NCBI GenBank assembly: GCA_012842045.1
Contig: DUTP01000003.1
Span: forward strand, 2,532-66,531
DNA: 64,000 nucleotides
Source: Candidatus Dojkabacteria bacterium
GTDB lineage: Bacteria > Patescibacteriota > Dojkabacteria > SC72
Direction: 5' to 3'
Shown: piece after piece, positions 1-9,066 of the stretch
Numbering within the stretch: the stretch's first letter is position 1
Layout of the letters: every line of letters begins with the position of its first letter
Made by a program: the position numbers and the translations under genes
Notes under the pieces: generated by a model
What the model was told of the DNA's origin: nothing
The model's database searches: none
What the model saw: the letters and a program-made list of their open reading frames with translations, nothing else

Positions 1-3000
1 CTCTCCGGACGATTAAATGAATTAGTACCTAAAACAGAAAATTTAGACATACTTGTTGGCTATTTTTACATAAGCGGTTTCTATCAGTTATATAAAAACC
101 TTGAAGAGGTAGATAAGATAAGGATTTTAATCGGACTTAATACAGAATCACAGGTGGTAGATGCTGTACAAGGTAATTTGGAAATACCTTTCGAATCAGC
201 AAAGAAAGTCAAGGACAGCATAAGTAAAAAATATATTGATGAAGTTGCAGCTGCAGATGACGATGTGAATGTAGAAGAAGGAATGTTGAAGTTTGTAGAG
301 TGGTTACAGAGTGGAAAGTTACAGATAAAGATTTATGACAAGGCACCTCTTCATGCAAAGCTATATATCTTCACATTTAATGAAGGACAATTAGATCCAG
401 GTAGGGTAATTACTGGGTCTAGTAATCTTACAAGATCTGGGTTAAAGGAAAACTTAGAATTTAATGTTGAGTTGAAGAATAGCAATGATTATAAATTTGC
501 ATTAGAGAACTTTAATGCTTTATGGGATGAAGCAATAGAACTTTCTGAAACCCTCAATGAAACTATAACTAAGAAGACTCACCTTAACGAAGAAATTACT
601 CCATATCAACTCTATCTTAAATTCCTCTATGAGTATTTTAGAGAAGATTTAACTGTAGACACAGAAATAGAAGACTATATTCCAGATGGATATTTAGAAC
701 TGGAGTATCAGAAACAGGCAGTAGTCAATGCAAAGAAGATAATAGAAGAGTACGGTGGTGTTTTCATCTCAGATGTTGTTGGTCTGGGCAAAACATACAT
801 CACGGCAAGATTGTTAAATGTTTTAGGAGGTAAGACATTGGTGATTGCATCTCCTGCATTGATTGCGAAAGATAATCCAGGCTCGTGGACTAATGTTTTG
901 ATGGACTTTGGCGTAAGAGGTTTTGAGTGTGAATCTGTTGGTATGTTAGAAAAAATTCTTGAGAGAGGTGTTGATAAGTTTGATAATGTTGTTATTGATG
1001 AATCTCATAATTTTAGAAATGAAGCGACACTGTCTTTTGAAAGACTTACAGAGATATGTAGAGGTAAAAAAGTTGTCTTGGTAAGTGCTACTCCGTTTAA
1101 TAACAAACCGAGTGATTTATTAGCGCAGATTAAGCTCTTCCAAAACAGCAGGAAAAGTACTATTCCAGGGGTACCCAATCTAGAGGCATACTTTTCTAGC
1201 CTAAAATCTAGAATAGGGCAGTTAAGTAGAAGAGATAATTATGAACAGTATATGGAAGTGGCGAAAAGCAATGCTCAAGATATTAGAAATAATATTTTGA
1301 AATATCTGATGGTAAGAAGGACTAGATCTGAGATAGAGAAATATTATAGTGATGATTTGAAAAAACAAGGATTGAAATTTCCAGAAGTACATGAACCGGA
1401 ACCGATATTCTATCAACTTGATAGTGAAGAGGAAGGTGCTTTTAACAAGACAATCTCTTTTATAGAGAATTTTAAGTATAGTCGTTACATCCCATTACTT
1501 TACTATACAGGAGAGTTGACTGAGCAAGAAAGGATTTCTCAGAGAAATATGCTTACATTCATGAAAATGCTTCTACTTAAGAGGTTTGAGAGTAGTGTGT
1601 TTGCATTTAAGAAAACACTCAAAAGATTTATTCGTTCATATGAGTTAATGATAAATCAGTTCGACCAAGGGAATGTATATGTAAGCAAAAAGAGAGCAAA
1701 CAAGGTTTTCCAATTGTTAGAGGAAAACAGGATAGAGGAACTAATGGATTTGATTGAGCAGGAGAAAGTAGAGTTTTATAAGAGTGAGGATTTCAATGAG
1801 AATTTCCGAAAGGATTTGGAGTATGATTTATCTCTTTTAAGAAATCTGGATGAAATATGGGAAAATATAGATAGAGATGTGAAGTTTGAAACTTTTGTTG
1901 AAAAATTAAAGTCAGATAAGATACTAAGTAATAATAAATTAATAATATTCACAGAATCTAAAGAAACAGCCAACTATCTGTCAGAAAAAATAGAGGAACG
2001 GCTAGGTGAAGAAAATCTTAACTATACTGGTGATTCAGCAACAGCTCTAAGAGCAGATGTGATTAAGAACTTTGATGCTAAAGCTCCTAAGAAGGAGAAT
2101 ATTTACAGAATTCTTGTTACAACTGAGGTATTAGCTGAGGGTGTAAACCTACATCAGTCTAATGTTGTTATTAACTATGATATCCCATGGAATCCAACAC
2201 GACTAATGCAAAGGGTTGGAAGAATAAATCGTGTTGATACAAAGTTCAAAGATATATATACATACAACATCTTCCCTTCTGTACAATCTAATGACATTCT
2301 TAAGTTAAAAGAGGCAGCAGAAGCTAAGATACAAATGTTCATAGAACTCTTAGGTAATGATGCAAGATTACTCACAGAAGGAGAGGAGATTAAATCAAAC
2401 GAATTGTTTGATAAGTTATCATCTAAAGAAACCATTATTGGTGAAACAGAAGAAGATAGTGAGCTTAAATATCTAACTGTTATTAAAGATATTCGAGATA
2501 AAAATGTAGAACTGTTTAGTCAGATTAAAAACTTACCTAAAAAATCTCGTTCTGCTCGAAGATTAGAACAACAATCAGGTAAACTTTTGACATATTTTAA
2601 GAAAGGGAAGCTTGATAAGTTTATCATCTCTGGTAGTAAAGAACCCCAAGAGTTAGGTTTTCTTGAAGCTATAAAACTATTTGAATGTAAAGAAGATACA
2701 AAGAGAGTAAATATTCCTTCTAGTTTCTACAAACAGATTAAAAAGAATAAGGAATACTTTGGAAGTATAACCTCAGAGGAAGGTGGGATGGTTCTTGAAA
2801 CTAGAACAGGAGCATTAGACAGGAAAATTCTAAAAAGATTAAATGCAAATACAGTAAAAAGATTTGATGGATTTACTGAAGAACAAGAGGAATATCTAGA
2901 GATTGTAAAGCAGAAAATTGATGAGGGTGCTTTACCTAAGAATTCTGCTAAAAGGATTTGGGGTAAAATGAAGAATATGGTGAAGCCATTAGAGATAGTT

Positions 3001-3111
3001 AGTTTACTTCAAAAAGAAATTTCACCAAACCTTCTTAAAGATACACATTCTCAAGCTAAAGAAAGTGTATCTAATGTCAAAGAAGTTATATTATCTGAGT
3101 ATTTTGAATAA
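1..3111 (+). CDS. PLD-family (HKD) nuclease domain fused to SNF2-like SF2 helicase; 5' end lies outside the window (restriction-subunit-like)
   Basis: Frame 1 is open from nt 1 (LSGRLNELVPKTENLDILVGYFYISGF..., no stop before 154), so the track start at 154 is an artefact. HKD motif HAKLYIF...GSSNLTRSG. Helicase motifs VGLGKTYIT (I), VIDESHNF (II), SATPFNN (III), QRVGRINR (VI). Stop TAA overlaps the downstream ATG (TAATG at 3109-3113). Confidence 0.8.
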   Translation, partial: LSGRLNELVPKTENLDILVGYFYISGFYQLYKNLEEVDKIRILIGLNTESQVVDAVQGNLEIPFESAKKVKDSISKKYIDEVAAADDDVNVEEGMLKFVEWLQSGKLQIKIYDKAPLHAKLYIFTFNEGQLDPGRVITGSSNLTRSGLKENLEFNVELKNSNDYKFALENFNALWDEAIELSETLNETITKKTHLNEEITPYQLYLKFLYEYFREDLTVDTEIEDYIPDGYLELEYQKQAVVNAKKIIEEYGGVFISDVVGLGKTYITARLLNVLGGKTLVIASPALIAKDNPGSWTNVLMDFGVRGFECESVGMLEKILERGVDKFDNVVIDESHNFRNEATLSFERLTEICRGKKVVLVSATPFNNKPSDLLAQIKLFQNSRKSTIPGVPNLEAYFSSLKSRIGQLSRRDNYEQYMEVAKSNAQDIRNNILKYLMVRRTRSEIEKYYSDDLKKQGLKFPEVHEPEPIFYQLDSEEEGAFNKTISFIENFKYSRYIPLLYYTGELTEQERISQRNMLTFMKMLLLKRFESSVFAFKKTLKRFIRSYELMINQFDQGNVYVSKKRANKVFQLLEENRIEELMDLIEQEKVEFYKSEDFNENFRKDLEYDLSLLRNLDEIWENIDRDVKFETFVEKLKSDKILSNNKLIIFTESKETANYLSEKIEERLGEENLNYTGDSATALRADVIKNFDAKAPKKENIYRILVTTEVLAEGVNLHQSNVVINYDIPWNPTRLMQRVGRINRVDTKFKDIYTYNIFPSVQSNDILKLKEAAEAKIQMFIELLGNDARLLTEGEEIKSNELFDKLSSKETIIGETEEDSELKYLTVIKDIRDKNVELFSQIKNLPKKSRSARRLEQQSGKLLTYFKKGKLDKFIISGSKEPQELGFLEAIKLFECKEDTKRVNIPSSFYKQIKKNKEYFGSITSEEGGMVLETRTGALDRKILKRLNANTVKRFDGFTEEQEEYLEIVKQKIDEGALPKNSAKRIWGKMKNMVKPLEIVSLLQKEISPNLLKDTHSQAKESVSNVKEVILSEYFE

Positions 3112-6100
3112 TGACAGAGCAAGAATCAAAGAAGCTCATAACAGAGACTTTTGAAAATGATTTTGATGAGGAGAGATTTAAAAGATTCATAGCTAATTTA
3201 CTAACAGAGTTTCAAGGTGTATCAAAACATACAGATAATCAATATGTCAAGGATGCATATAAACAATATATTGAATCATATGATGTAATAGGTAAATTCT
3301 CAGATTCGCAGAAGAAAACGGTAGATGTTTTAATTGTATATCTAAAGACAGAATCGACATTTACAGCACGAACCCGTCAGAGAAACTTTGCTTTAGATTA
3401 CTTAGAAAGCAAAGCTAAGGATGGTATTTTAATTGCATATGTTCATAAGAATAAAAAGGATTGGAGATTTTCATTTGTTAAATTGGAGAGTGATGTAATA
3501 CAGGATGAAGAAGGTAGAGTTAGGGATGTTTCAATCTTTACTGCTGCTAAAAGGTCATCTTTTCTAGTTGGTTCTAATGAGAATTCATATACTGCTAAAA
3601 AACAATTTTTACCTATTCTTCAGAAGGAAGAGAAACCAACATTTGAAGATATTGAGGAGGCCTTTAGTGTAGAGACAGTAACAAAAGAATTCTTTAATAA
3701 ATATAGAGAACTTTTCCATGATGTACACGAAGCGTTAGAGAAAGAAATTAAGAAGAAACCACATATAAAAGAAGAATTTGAAACAAAAGAGATTTCAACT
3801 GTGGACTTTGCAAAAAAGTTGTTAGGACAGATGGTTTTCCTCTACTTCCTACAAAAGAAGGGATGGTTTGGAGTTGCACCTAAAGAGGAGTGGGGTACAG
3901 GTCCGAAGAATTTCTTAAGAAAACTATTTGAGAGAAAGGATAATTATGGTGAGAATTTCTTTAATGATGTTTTAAAGCCACTCTTCTATGATGCACTAGC
4001 ACAGGATCGAGGACGAGATGCAATATACTCGAGACTTAATAATTGTAGAATGCCATTTCTTAATGGAGGACTTTTTGAACCAATGAGAGGGTATTCTTGG
4101 GAGACTACTGATATATTATTGCCAGATGAGCTTTTCTCAAACGAGGATAAAGAAGGAGAAGATGTTGGTACTGGTATTTTAGATGTGTTTGACAGGTACA
4201 ATTTTACTGTAAATGAGAGTAATCCATTGGAGAAAGAGGTTGCTGTTGATCCTGAAATGTTGGGTAAGGTGTTTGAAAATCTTTTGGATGTTAAAGACAG
4301 AAAAAGTAAAGGATCTTACTATACTCCTAGAGAGATAGTTCACTATATGTGTCAAGAATGTCTAATAAACTACCTTGAAACAGAAACAAAAGGAGAAATT
4401 CCTAGAGACGATATTGAGAACCTGTTACTTCATGGTGAGTCCATTATACAGAATGACTTTGTTACTTTAGAAAAACAAAGAGAAAAGGAAGAGAAAGGGT
4501 ATAAGTATTCTGGTGAATATAAGTTAAAACTTCCAGAGTCTATACGAAAGAATGCTAGAAAGATAGATGATTTACTTAAAGATGTTAAAGTTTGTGATCC
4601 AGCAGTAGGTTCTGGAGCATTTCCATTAGGAATGATAAACGAAATTGTTGGAGCAAGACGGGTGCTTCAGGTTTACTTAAGAGATAGACTTACTATATAT
4701 GATCTTAAGTATCATGCTATTGCTAATTCTATTCATGGCGTTGATTTAGATCCAGGAGCAGTAGATATTGCAAGACTTAGACTTTGGCTTTCTTTGGTAG
4801 TTGAGGAAGAGAATCCAAGACCTCTACCTAATCTTGAACACAGAATTATGCAGGGTAACAGTTTAATATCAGAATATGAAGGGATACCGCTTTTTAACAG
4901 AGAGCTTCTTTCTGAGTTTAATAAGGAGAAATTTGTACAGTTAGGTTTTATCTTTGGTTCTGGTATTAAGAAGAAGATGGAGGAGTTAGAAAGAAGTATT
5001 AAAATGTATGTAGGTACTTCACAAAGATCAGTTAAAGAGTCTTTGGGGGATAGAATAGATGAATTGAGGTGGGAATTGATAGAGGAGACATTAAAAGAGC
5101 AGAATAAGTTAGAAAAGGTAGATGAAATTCGGGAATTAAGAGAGAAGAGTATAAGACCTTTCTTTATATGGGAGTTAGAATTTAGTGAAGTATTTATGAA
5201 AAAGGGTGGTTTTGATATTGTTATTGGAAATCCTCCGTATGTTCAACTGCAGAAAAATCATGGGGAATTAGCTAAAATGTATGAAGATACTGGTTTTAAA
5301 ACATTTACAAGGACAGGTGATATTTATACCTTGTTTTATGAAAAAGGTAATGAAATCTTACATTCCAATGGATACTTGGCATACATTACATCTAATAAAT
5401 GGATGAGAGCTGGATACGGAGAGAAGCTGAGGAAATATTTATCAGAAGAAACAACACCTACTGTTTTAATTGATTTGGGGCCAAATATTTTCGAAACAGC
5501 TACTGTTGATACAAACATTTTAATTTTTAGGAAGGGCTTTTCCGACAAGAAATGTAGATCTTGTATTTTAAGGGAAAACTTTAAGAAAAGTGGTCTTTAT
5601 CTACATGAATATGTGAAGTCAAATAATATCTTACTTGATAAGTTTACTAGTGATAGTTGGTTAATACTTTCCCCTATAGAACGAAGTATTAAAGAGAAAA
5701 TAGAGAAATATGGAACTCCTTTAAAGGATTGGGATATAAAGATTTACAGAGGTATCCTTACAGGTTGTAATGAGGCATTTATTATCGATGGGAAAAAGAA
5801 GGATGAATTAATAAAACAAGATCCTAAATCTGCTGACATTATACGACCGATTTTGAGAGGAAGGGACATAAAAAGGTTTAGTTATGACTTTGCTGATTTA
5901 TATTTAATAAATACACATAATGGAATCGAACAAAAAGGAATACCTCCTGTAAAAATTGATAATTACCCTGCAGTTAAGAAACACTTAGATACTTATTATT
6001 CTAAGCTCAAAGAGAGGGATGATAAAGGAATAACACCATATAACCTTCGTAGCTGTGCTTATATGGAGGAATTTAATAAGCAGAAAATCGTCTATTCAGA

Positions 6101-6425
6101 GATAGTACAAAGTCCTCAGTTTTTTCTTGACAAAAGAGGAGAATTCTTTGTCGAAGCTACTAGCTTTTTAATAACTGGTGAACATTTAGACTACTTAGTA
6201 GATTGGTTAAACTCACCAACAATTGCATGGGTATTCAAACAATTCTATGCTGGTGGAGGGCTAGGGAAAAAGGGGTTCAGATACAAGAAGAAATTCTTAG
6301 AACAATTACCTATTCCAAAACCTAGAAATGATATGAAATATAAAAATACTAATAATTTGATAAAGGCTTATTTGGATCTAACTGACGAAGAGATAAATTT
6401 CATTTCCTCATCTGTTAATTTGTAA
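3111..6425 (+). CDS. gamma-class N6-adenine DNA methyltransferase, Eco57I/TaqI-like family, with C-terminal target-recognition domain (TRD-1, inside the invertible segment)
   Basis: Motifs GSYYTPREIV, CDPAVGSGAFPL (SAM-binding FxGxG), GNPPYVQLQ (NPPY catalytic motif). 1104 aa. The C-terminal ~195 aa are homologous to the convergent ORF 6368..6958. Confidence 0.85.
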   Translation: MTEQESKKLITETFENDFDEERFKRFIANLLTEFQGVSKHTDNQYVKDAYKQYIESYDVIGKFSDSQKKTVDVLIVYLKTESTFTARTRQRNFALDYLESKAKDGILIAYVHKNKKDWRFSFVKLESDVIQDEEGRVRDVSIFTAAKRSSFLVGSNENSYTAKKQFLPILQKEEKPTFEDIEEAFSVETVTKEFFNKYRELFHDVHEALEKEIKKKPHIKEEFETKEISTVDFAKKLLGQMVFLYFLQKKGWFGVAPKEEWGTGPKNFLRKLFERKDNYGENFFNDVLKPLFYDALAQDRGRDAIYSRLNNCRMPFLNGGLFEPMRGYSWETTDILLPDELFSNEDKEGEDVGTGILDVFDRYNFTVNESNPLEKEVAVDPEMLGKVFENLLDVKDRKSKGSYYTPREIVHYMCQECLINYLETETKGEIPRDDIENLLLHGESIIQNDFVTLEKQREKEEKGYKYSGEYKLKLPESIRKNARKIDDLLKDVKVCDPAVGSGAFPLGMINEIVGARRVLQVYLRDRLTIYDLKYHAIANSIHGVDLDPGAVDIARLRLWLSLVVEEENPRPLPNLEHRIMQGNSLISEYEGIPLFNRELLSEFNKEKFVQLGFIFGSGIKKKMEELERSIKMYVGTSQRSVKESLGDRIDELRWELIEETLKEQNKLEKVDEIRELREKSIRPFFIWELEFSEVFMKKGGFDIVIGNPPYVQLQKNHGELAKMYEDTGFKTFTRTGDIYTLFYEKGNEILHSNGYLAYITSNKWMRAGYGEKLRKYLSEETTPTVLIDLGPNIFETATVDTNILIFRKGFSDKKCRSCILRENFKKSGLYLHEYVKSNNILLDKFTSDSWLILSPIERSIKEKIEKYGTPLKDWDIKIYRGILTGCNEAFIIDGKKKDELIKQDPKSADIIRPILRGRDIKRFSYDFADLYLINTHNGIEQKGIPPVKIDNYPAVKKHLDTYYSKLKERDDKGITPYNLRSCAYMEEFNKQKIVYSEIVQSPQFFLDKRGEFFVEATSFLITGEHLDYLVDWLNSPTIAWVFKQFYAGGGLGKKGFRYKKKFLEQLPIPKPRNDMKYKNTNNLIKAYLDLTDEEINFISSSVNL
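5839..5866 (+). repeat. left inverted repeat (28 bp, ttatacgaccgattttgagaggaaggga) inside the methyltransferase gene
   Basis: Perfect reverse complement of 6945..6972. Encodes IRPILRGRD in both genes. Imperfect similarity continues ~30 nt inward. Confidence 0.85.
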
Positions 6426-6944
6426 AGTTTTTGAATGTCGTGTAAAGAGTGTTTTCTATTCTCAATATTTAATGGTATCGGAAGTAATAATAGACGATTA
6501 ACTTTTAATTCTCCTTCAATACCACCTCCCATATAAAAATGTCGTAAAGCAAAATAACAGACATCAGAGGTCAAAAAGCTTTCTAAAGGTATAATATTTG
6601 TACCTGTTATTATATTTCCAGGTGCTACTACCATATACTCTTTAGGCACTATTGAGAAAAATGCGCCTCCTGTCATTATTGCAGGGAAAGCTATTTTCTG
6701 CTTATTAAATTCCTCCCAATAACCTATACTATCTTGTGTCTCAAACCATTTGTTATTAGTTTTCTTTCTTGCATTATTTCCTTTAATTCCATAAACATTT
6801 TTCTTACCTGATTGTTCTAACTTCTCTTTTCCAAAAGTTAGAAGATAGTCTTTTACAGCTGGATAGTCATCGATGTTATAGTTTCTAGAAGGAAAAGTTG
6901 CGATTATCCATTTATCTGCAAACTCATAAGAATACCTCTTTATA
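5867..6944. other. putative invertible DNA segment (TRD shufflon) containing two convergent, homologous TRD-coding halves
   Basis: Bounded by perfect 28-bp inverted repeats. Midpoint (~6406) falls inside the 58-nt convergent overlap of the two TRD reading frames. The codon phase is preserved across the repeats, so inversion yields an in-frame fusion. Confidence 0.7.
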
Positions 6945-6958
6945 TCCCTTCCTCTCAA
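6368..6958 (-). other. promoterless alternative TRD cassette (TRD-2), inverted homolog of the methyltransferase C-terminus
   Basis: Begins LRGRDIKRYSYEFADKW (TTG, no ATG) matching ILRGRDIKRFSYDFADLY of the methyltransferase. Shares EEFNKQKI, GGG and LPIP motifs and the terminal LTDEE.FISSSV. Reading frame stays open upstream through the repeat (RPILRGRD). Confidence 0.75.
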
Positions 6959-6972
6959 AATCGGTCGTATAA
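6945..6972 (-). repeat. right inverted repeat (28 bp), partner of 5839..5866
   Basis: tcccttcctctcaaaatcggtcgtataa is the exact reverse complement of the left repeat. Confidence 0.85.
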
Positions 6973-7012
6973 ATACTACAATAAATGTATTAAATTATTA
7001 AAAAATACATAT

Positions 7013-7621
7013 ATGATTTACGGTTACATTAGAGTTAGTACAGATAAACAAACCTTAGAAAATCAAAGGTTTGAAATACATAATTTTTGTAAACAAAGAG
7101 GATTAGTAATCAATTCTTGGATAGAGGAAACAATATCTGGTACTAAAGGGGTGAATGAAAGAAAACTAGGAAGATTATTACACAAGCTTAAAAAAGAGGA
7201 TATACTAATCTGTTCTGAACTATCTCGTTTAGGGAGAAATATGTTTATGATTATGTCTATTCTAAACTACTGTATGGAGAATGAGATAGAGGTGTGGACA
7301 GTAAAGGATGGATATAGGTTAGGAATAGATATTAGTTCTAAAGTTCTAGCTTTTGCTTTTGGTTTAGCAGCAGAGATAGAAAGAAATTTAATTAGTCAGA
7401 GAACCAAAGAAGCTTTAGCAAGAAAAAGAGCAGAGGGAGTAATTCTTGGAAGACCTAAAGGTCGAAAGTCCTCATATTATAAATTAACAGGTAGAGATGC
7501 AAGTATTAAGAGGCTTTTAGATAAAAATTTACCAAAAACAAGTGTAGCTAAAATTCTTGGAGTACATAGAAATACACTAGATAGATATTTAAAAAATTCA
7601 TACAAATACTCTACGACTTAA
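7013..7621 (+). CDS. small serine recombinase, Hin/Gin/Pin-type DNA invertase (resolvase family) with C-terminal HTH
   Basis: N-terminal IYGYIRVSTDKQTLENQ (catalytic Ser motif). 202 aa. C-terminal KTSVAKILGVHRNTLDRYLK helix-turn-helix. Starts 40 bp after the right inverted repeat. Confidence 0.8.
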   Translation: MIYGYIRVSTDKQTLENQRFEIHNFCKQRGLVINSWIEETISGTKGVNERKLGRLLHKLKKEDILICSELSRLGRNMFMIMSILNYCMENEIEVWTVKDGYRLGIDISSKVLAFAFGLAAEIERNLISQRTKEALARKRAEGVILGRPKGRKSSYYKLTGRDASIKRLLDKNLPKTSVAKILGVHRNTLDRYLKNSYKYSTT

Positions 7622-7657
7622 TCTTGCCCTCCCTCTCCACACCCCATATAATAAACC

Positions 7658-8434
7658 ATGTCTAAACTAAAAAAATATCTTCCTCTTCTCCTACTACTAA
7701 TCATATGTATATCCATATACATATATATAACAAATAAAAAAACACCAGAACAAATATCATTTGAAAAGAAATACTCATTAGAACTAAAAGAATTAAAGAA
7801 AACATATAACATAGATAAATATATATATGATTGGAATAAGGATATAGAAGGATATAAACAAATAGATCAATTAGTAAACAAACCTAAATATCAATTAACT
7901 AGAGAAAAATCAGATGTAAATGTAATATGGACATTAAAAGATGAATATACACTAGAACTAAACTGTCCTAAAGAAGATATAGATAACATTGTATATGGAG
8001 ATCCTAAAGGTTGTAATCTGAAATATAACGGTAATGTAGTAGAAGATAATGTAAGGTATGAAGTATGGGAAGATGAAGGGAGTATAGAAGGGGAGGTAAG
8101 TATGGTCATATATTCATCTAGTAAATACGAATACCTAGTAGTAGGGAAATGGGAGAGTGGTTCTAAGGATAGTATAACCATCTACAGACTAGAAGATGGA
8201 AAAGCTGTTAAAATACCGTTTAACACTAAAGATAAAAAAGAAGATAGTTGGATAGTAGAACACCCCATGTCCCTCTGGTTGTATGACAACCAAGGTAAGA
8301 AGAAGTTAGTAACATCTATCCATGACCCATCTATGTCCCATATACAAGTATTTAGAATATGGAAACCTCAAGGCGATTCTTTCATATTAGAGCAAACAAT
8401 TGGTGATATACCATTAGAAAGCTTTAAGGATTAA
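7658..8434 (+). CDS. hypothetical membrane-anchored protein
   Basis: N-terminal hydrophobic segment LPLLLLLIICISIYIYI. No recognised domain. Confidence 0.4.
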   Translation: MSKLKKYLPLLLLLIICISIYIYITNKKTPEQISFEKKYSLELKELKKTYNIDKYIYDWNKDIEGYKQIDQLVNKPKYQLTREKSDVNVIWTLKDEYTLELNCPKEDIDNIVYGDPKGCNLKYNGNVVEDNVRYEVWEDEGSIEGEVSMVIYSSSKYEYLVVGKWESGSKDSITIYRLEDGKAVKIPFNTKDKKEDSWIVEHPMSLWLYDNQGKKKLVTSIHDPSMSHIQVFRIWKPQGDSFILEQTIGDIPLESFKD

Positions 8435-8681
8435 TAATTTATGCTATTAAAGTGACAGATAATACTCTTTTATCTTCTTTGCCATTAACTTTCTTCTTTC
8501 TACTAAGAAATCTTCATAATTTGATATATCTATGTTAAAGATACTCTCAACTATACAGAATTGACTAAAAACCCTTTATAATGGTATAATTAAAGGTTCT
8601 TAATGGATCTGATATCGATTTAATCAATATATCAGGAACAAATAAAAGTACATAGCATATATTGCGTAGAAGGAGGACTAA

Positions 8682-8939
8682 ATGTCTGTGAAAGATCCCA
8701 CAACTTGGGAAGAGTTACTGGAGGAGCTTGATGAGATGATTAAGCATTTTGGAACCATAAGTAAAAGGGTTGCCAGGCTATATATCATAGCGCAAACTTT
8801 ATCTGATACGGCAACTGAAAAACAGATGCAAAGAGTAGAGCATCTATGTAATGTAGATTCTAAGGAATTATGGAAATCTTTAAAGTTTCACCTAATCGGT
8901 ATACTCTTTTACATCCAACAAAGCTTCAAAAATAACTAA
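8682..8939 (+). CDS. hypothetical small protein
   Basis: 85-aa ORF preceded by GGAGG ribosome-binding site (gaaggaggactaaATG). Confidence 0.35.
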   Translation: MSVKDPTTWEELLEELDEMIKHFGTISKRVARLYIIAQTLSDTATEKQMQRVEHLCNVDSKELWKSLKFHLIGILFYIQQSFKNN

Positions 8940-9066
8940 GAAACTCTAAGTTCTATACATGGTATGATATGACCACCTCCTCAACTTGCAATTATGCTAT
9001 GTACTAGAACTCTTTTAGTTAAAATATAGTAGGAGATTACTCTCCTACCACATTTCTTTTTCTCTG

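Noticed and set aside
154-3111. ATG at 154 as the start of the PLD-helicase gene
   Set aside because: The same frame is open from nt 1 with PLD-like sequence (VGYFYISGF), so the gene starts upstream of the window.
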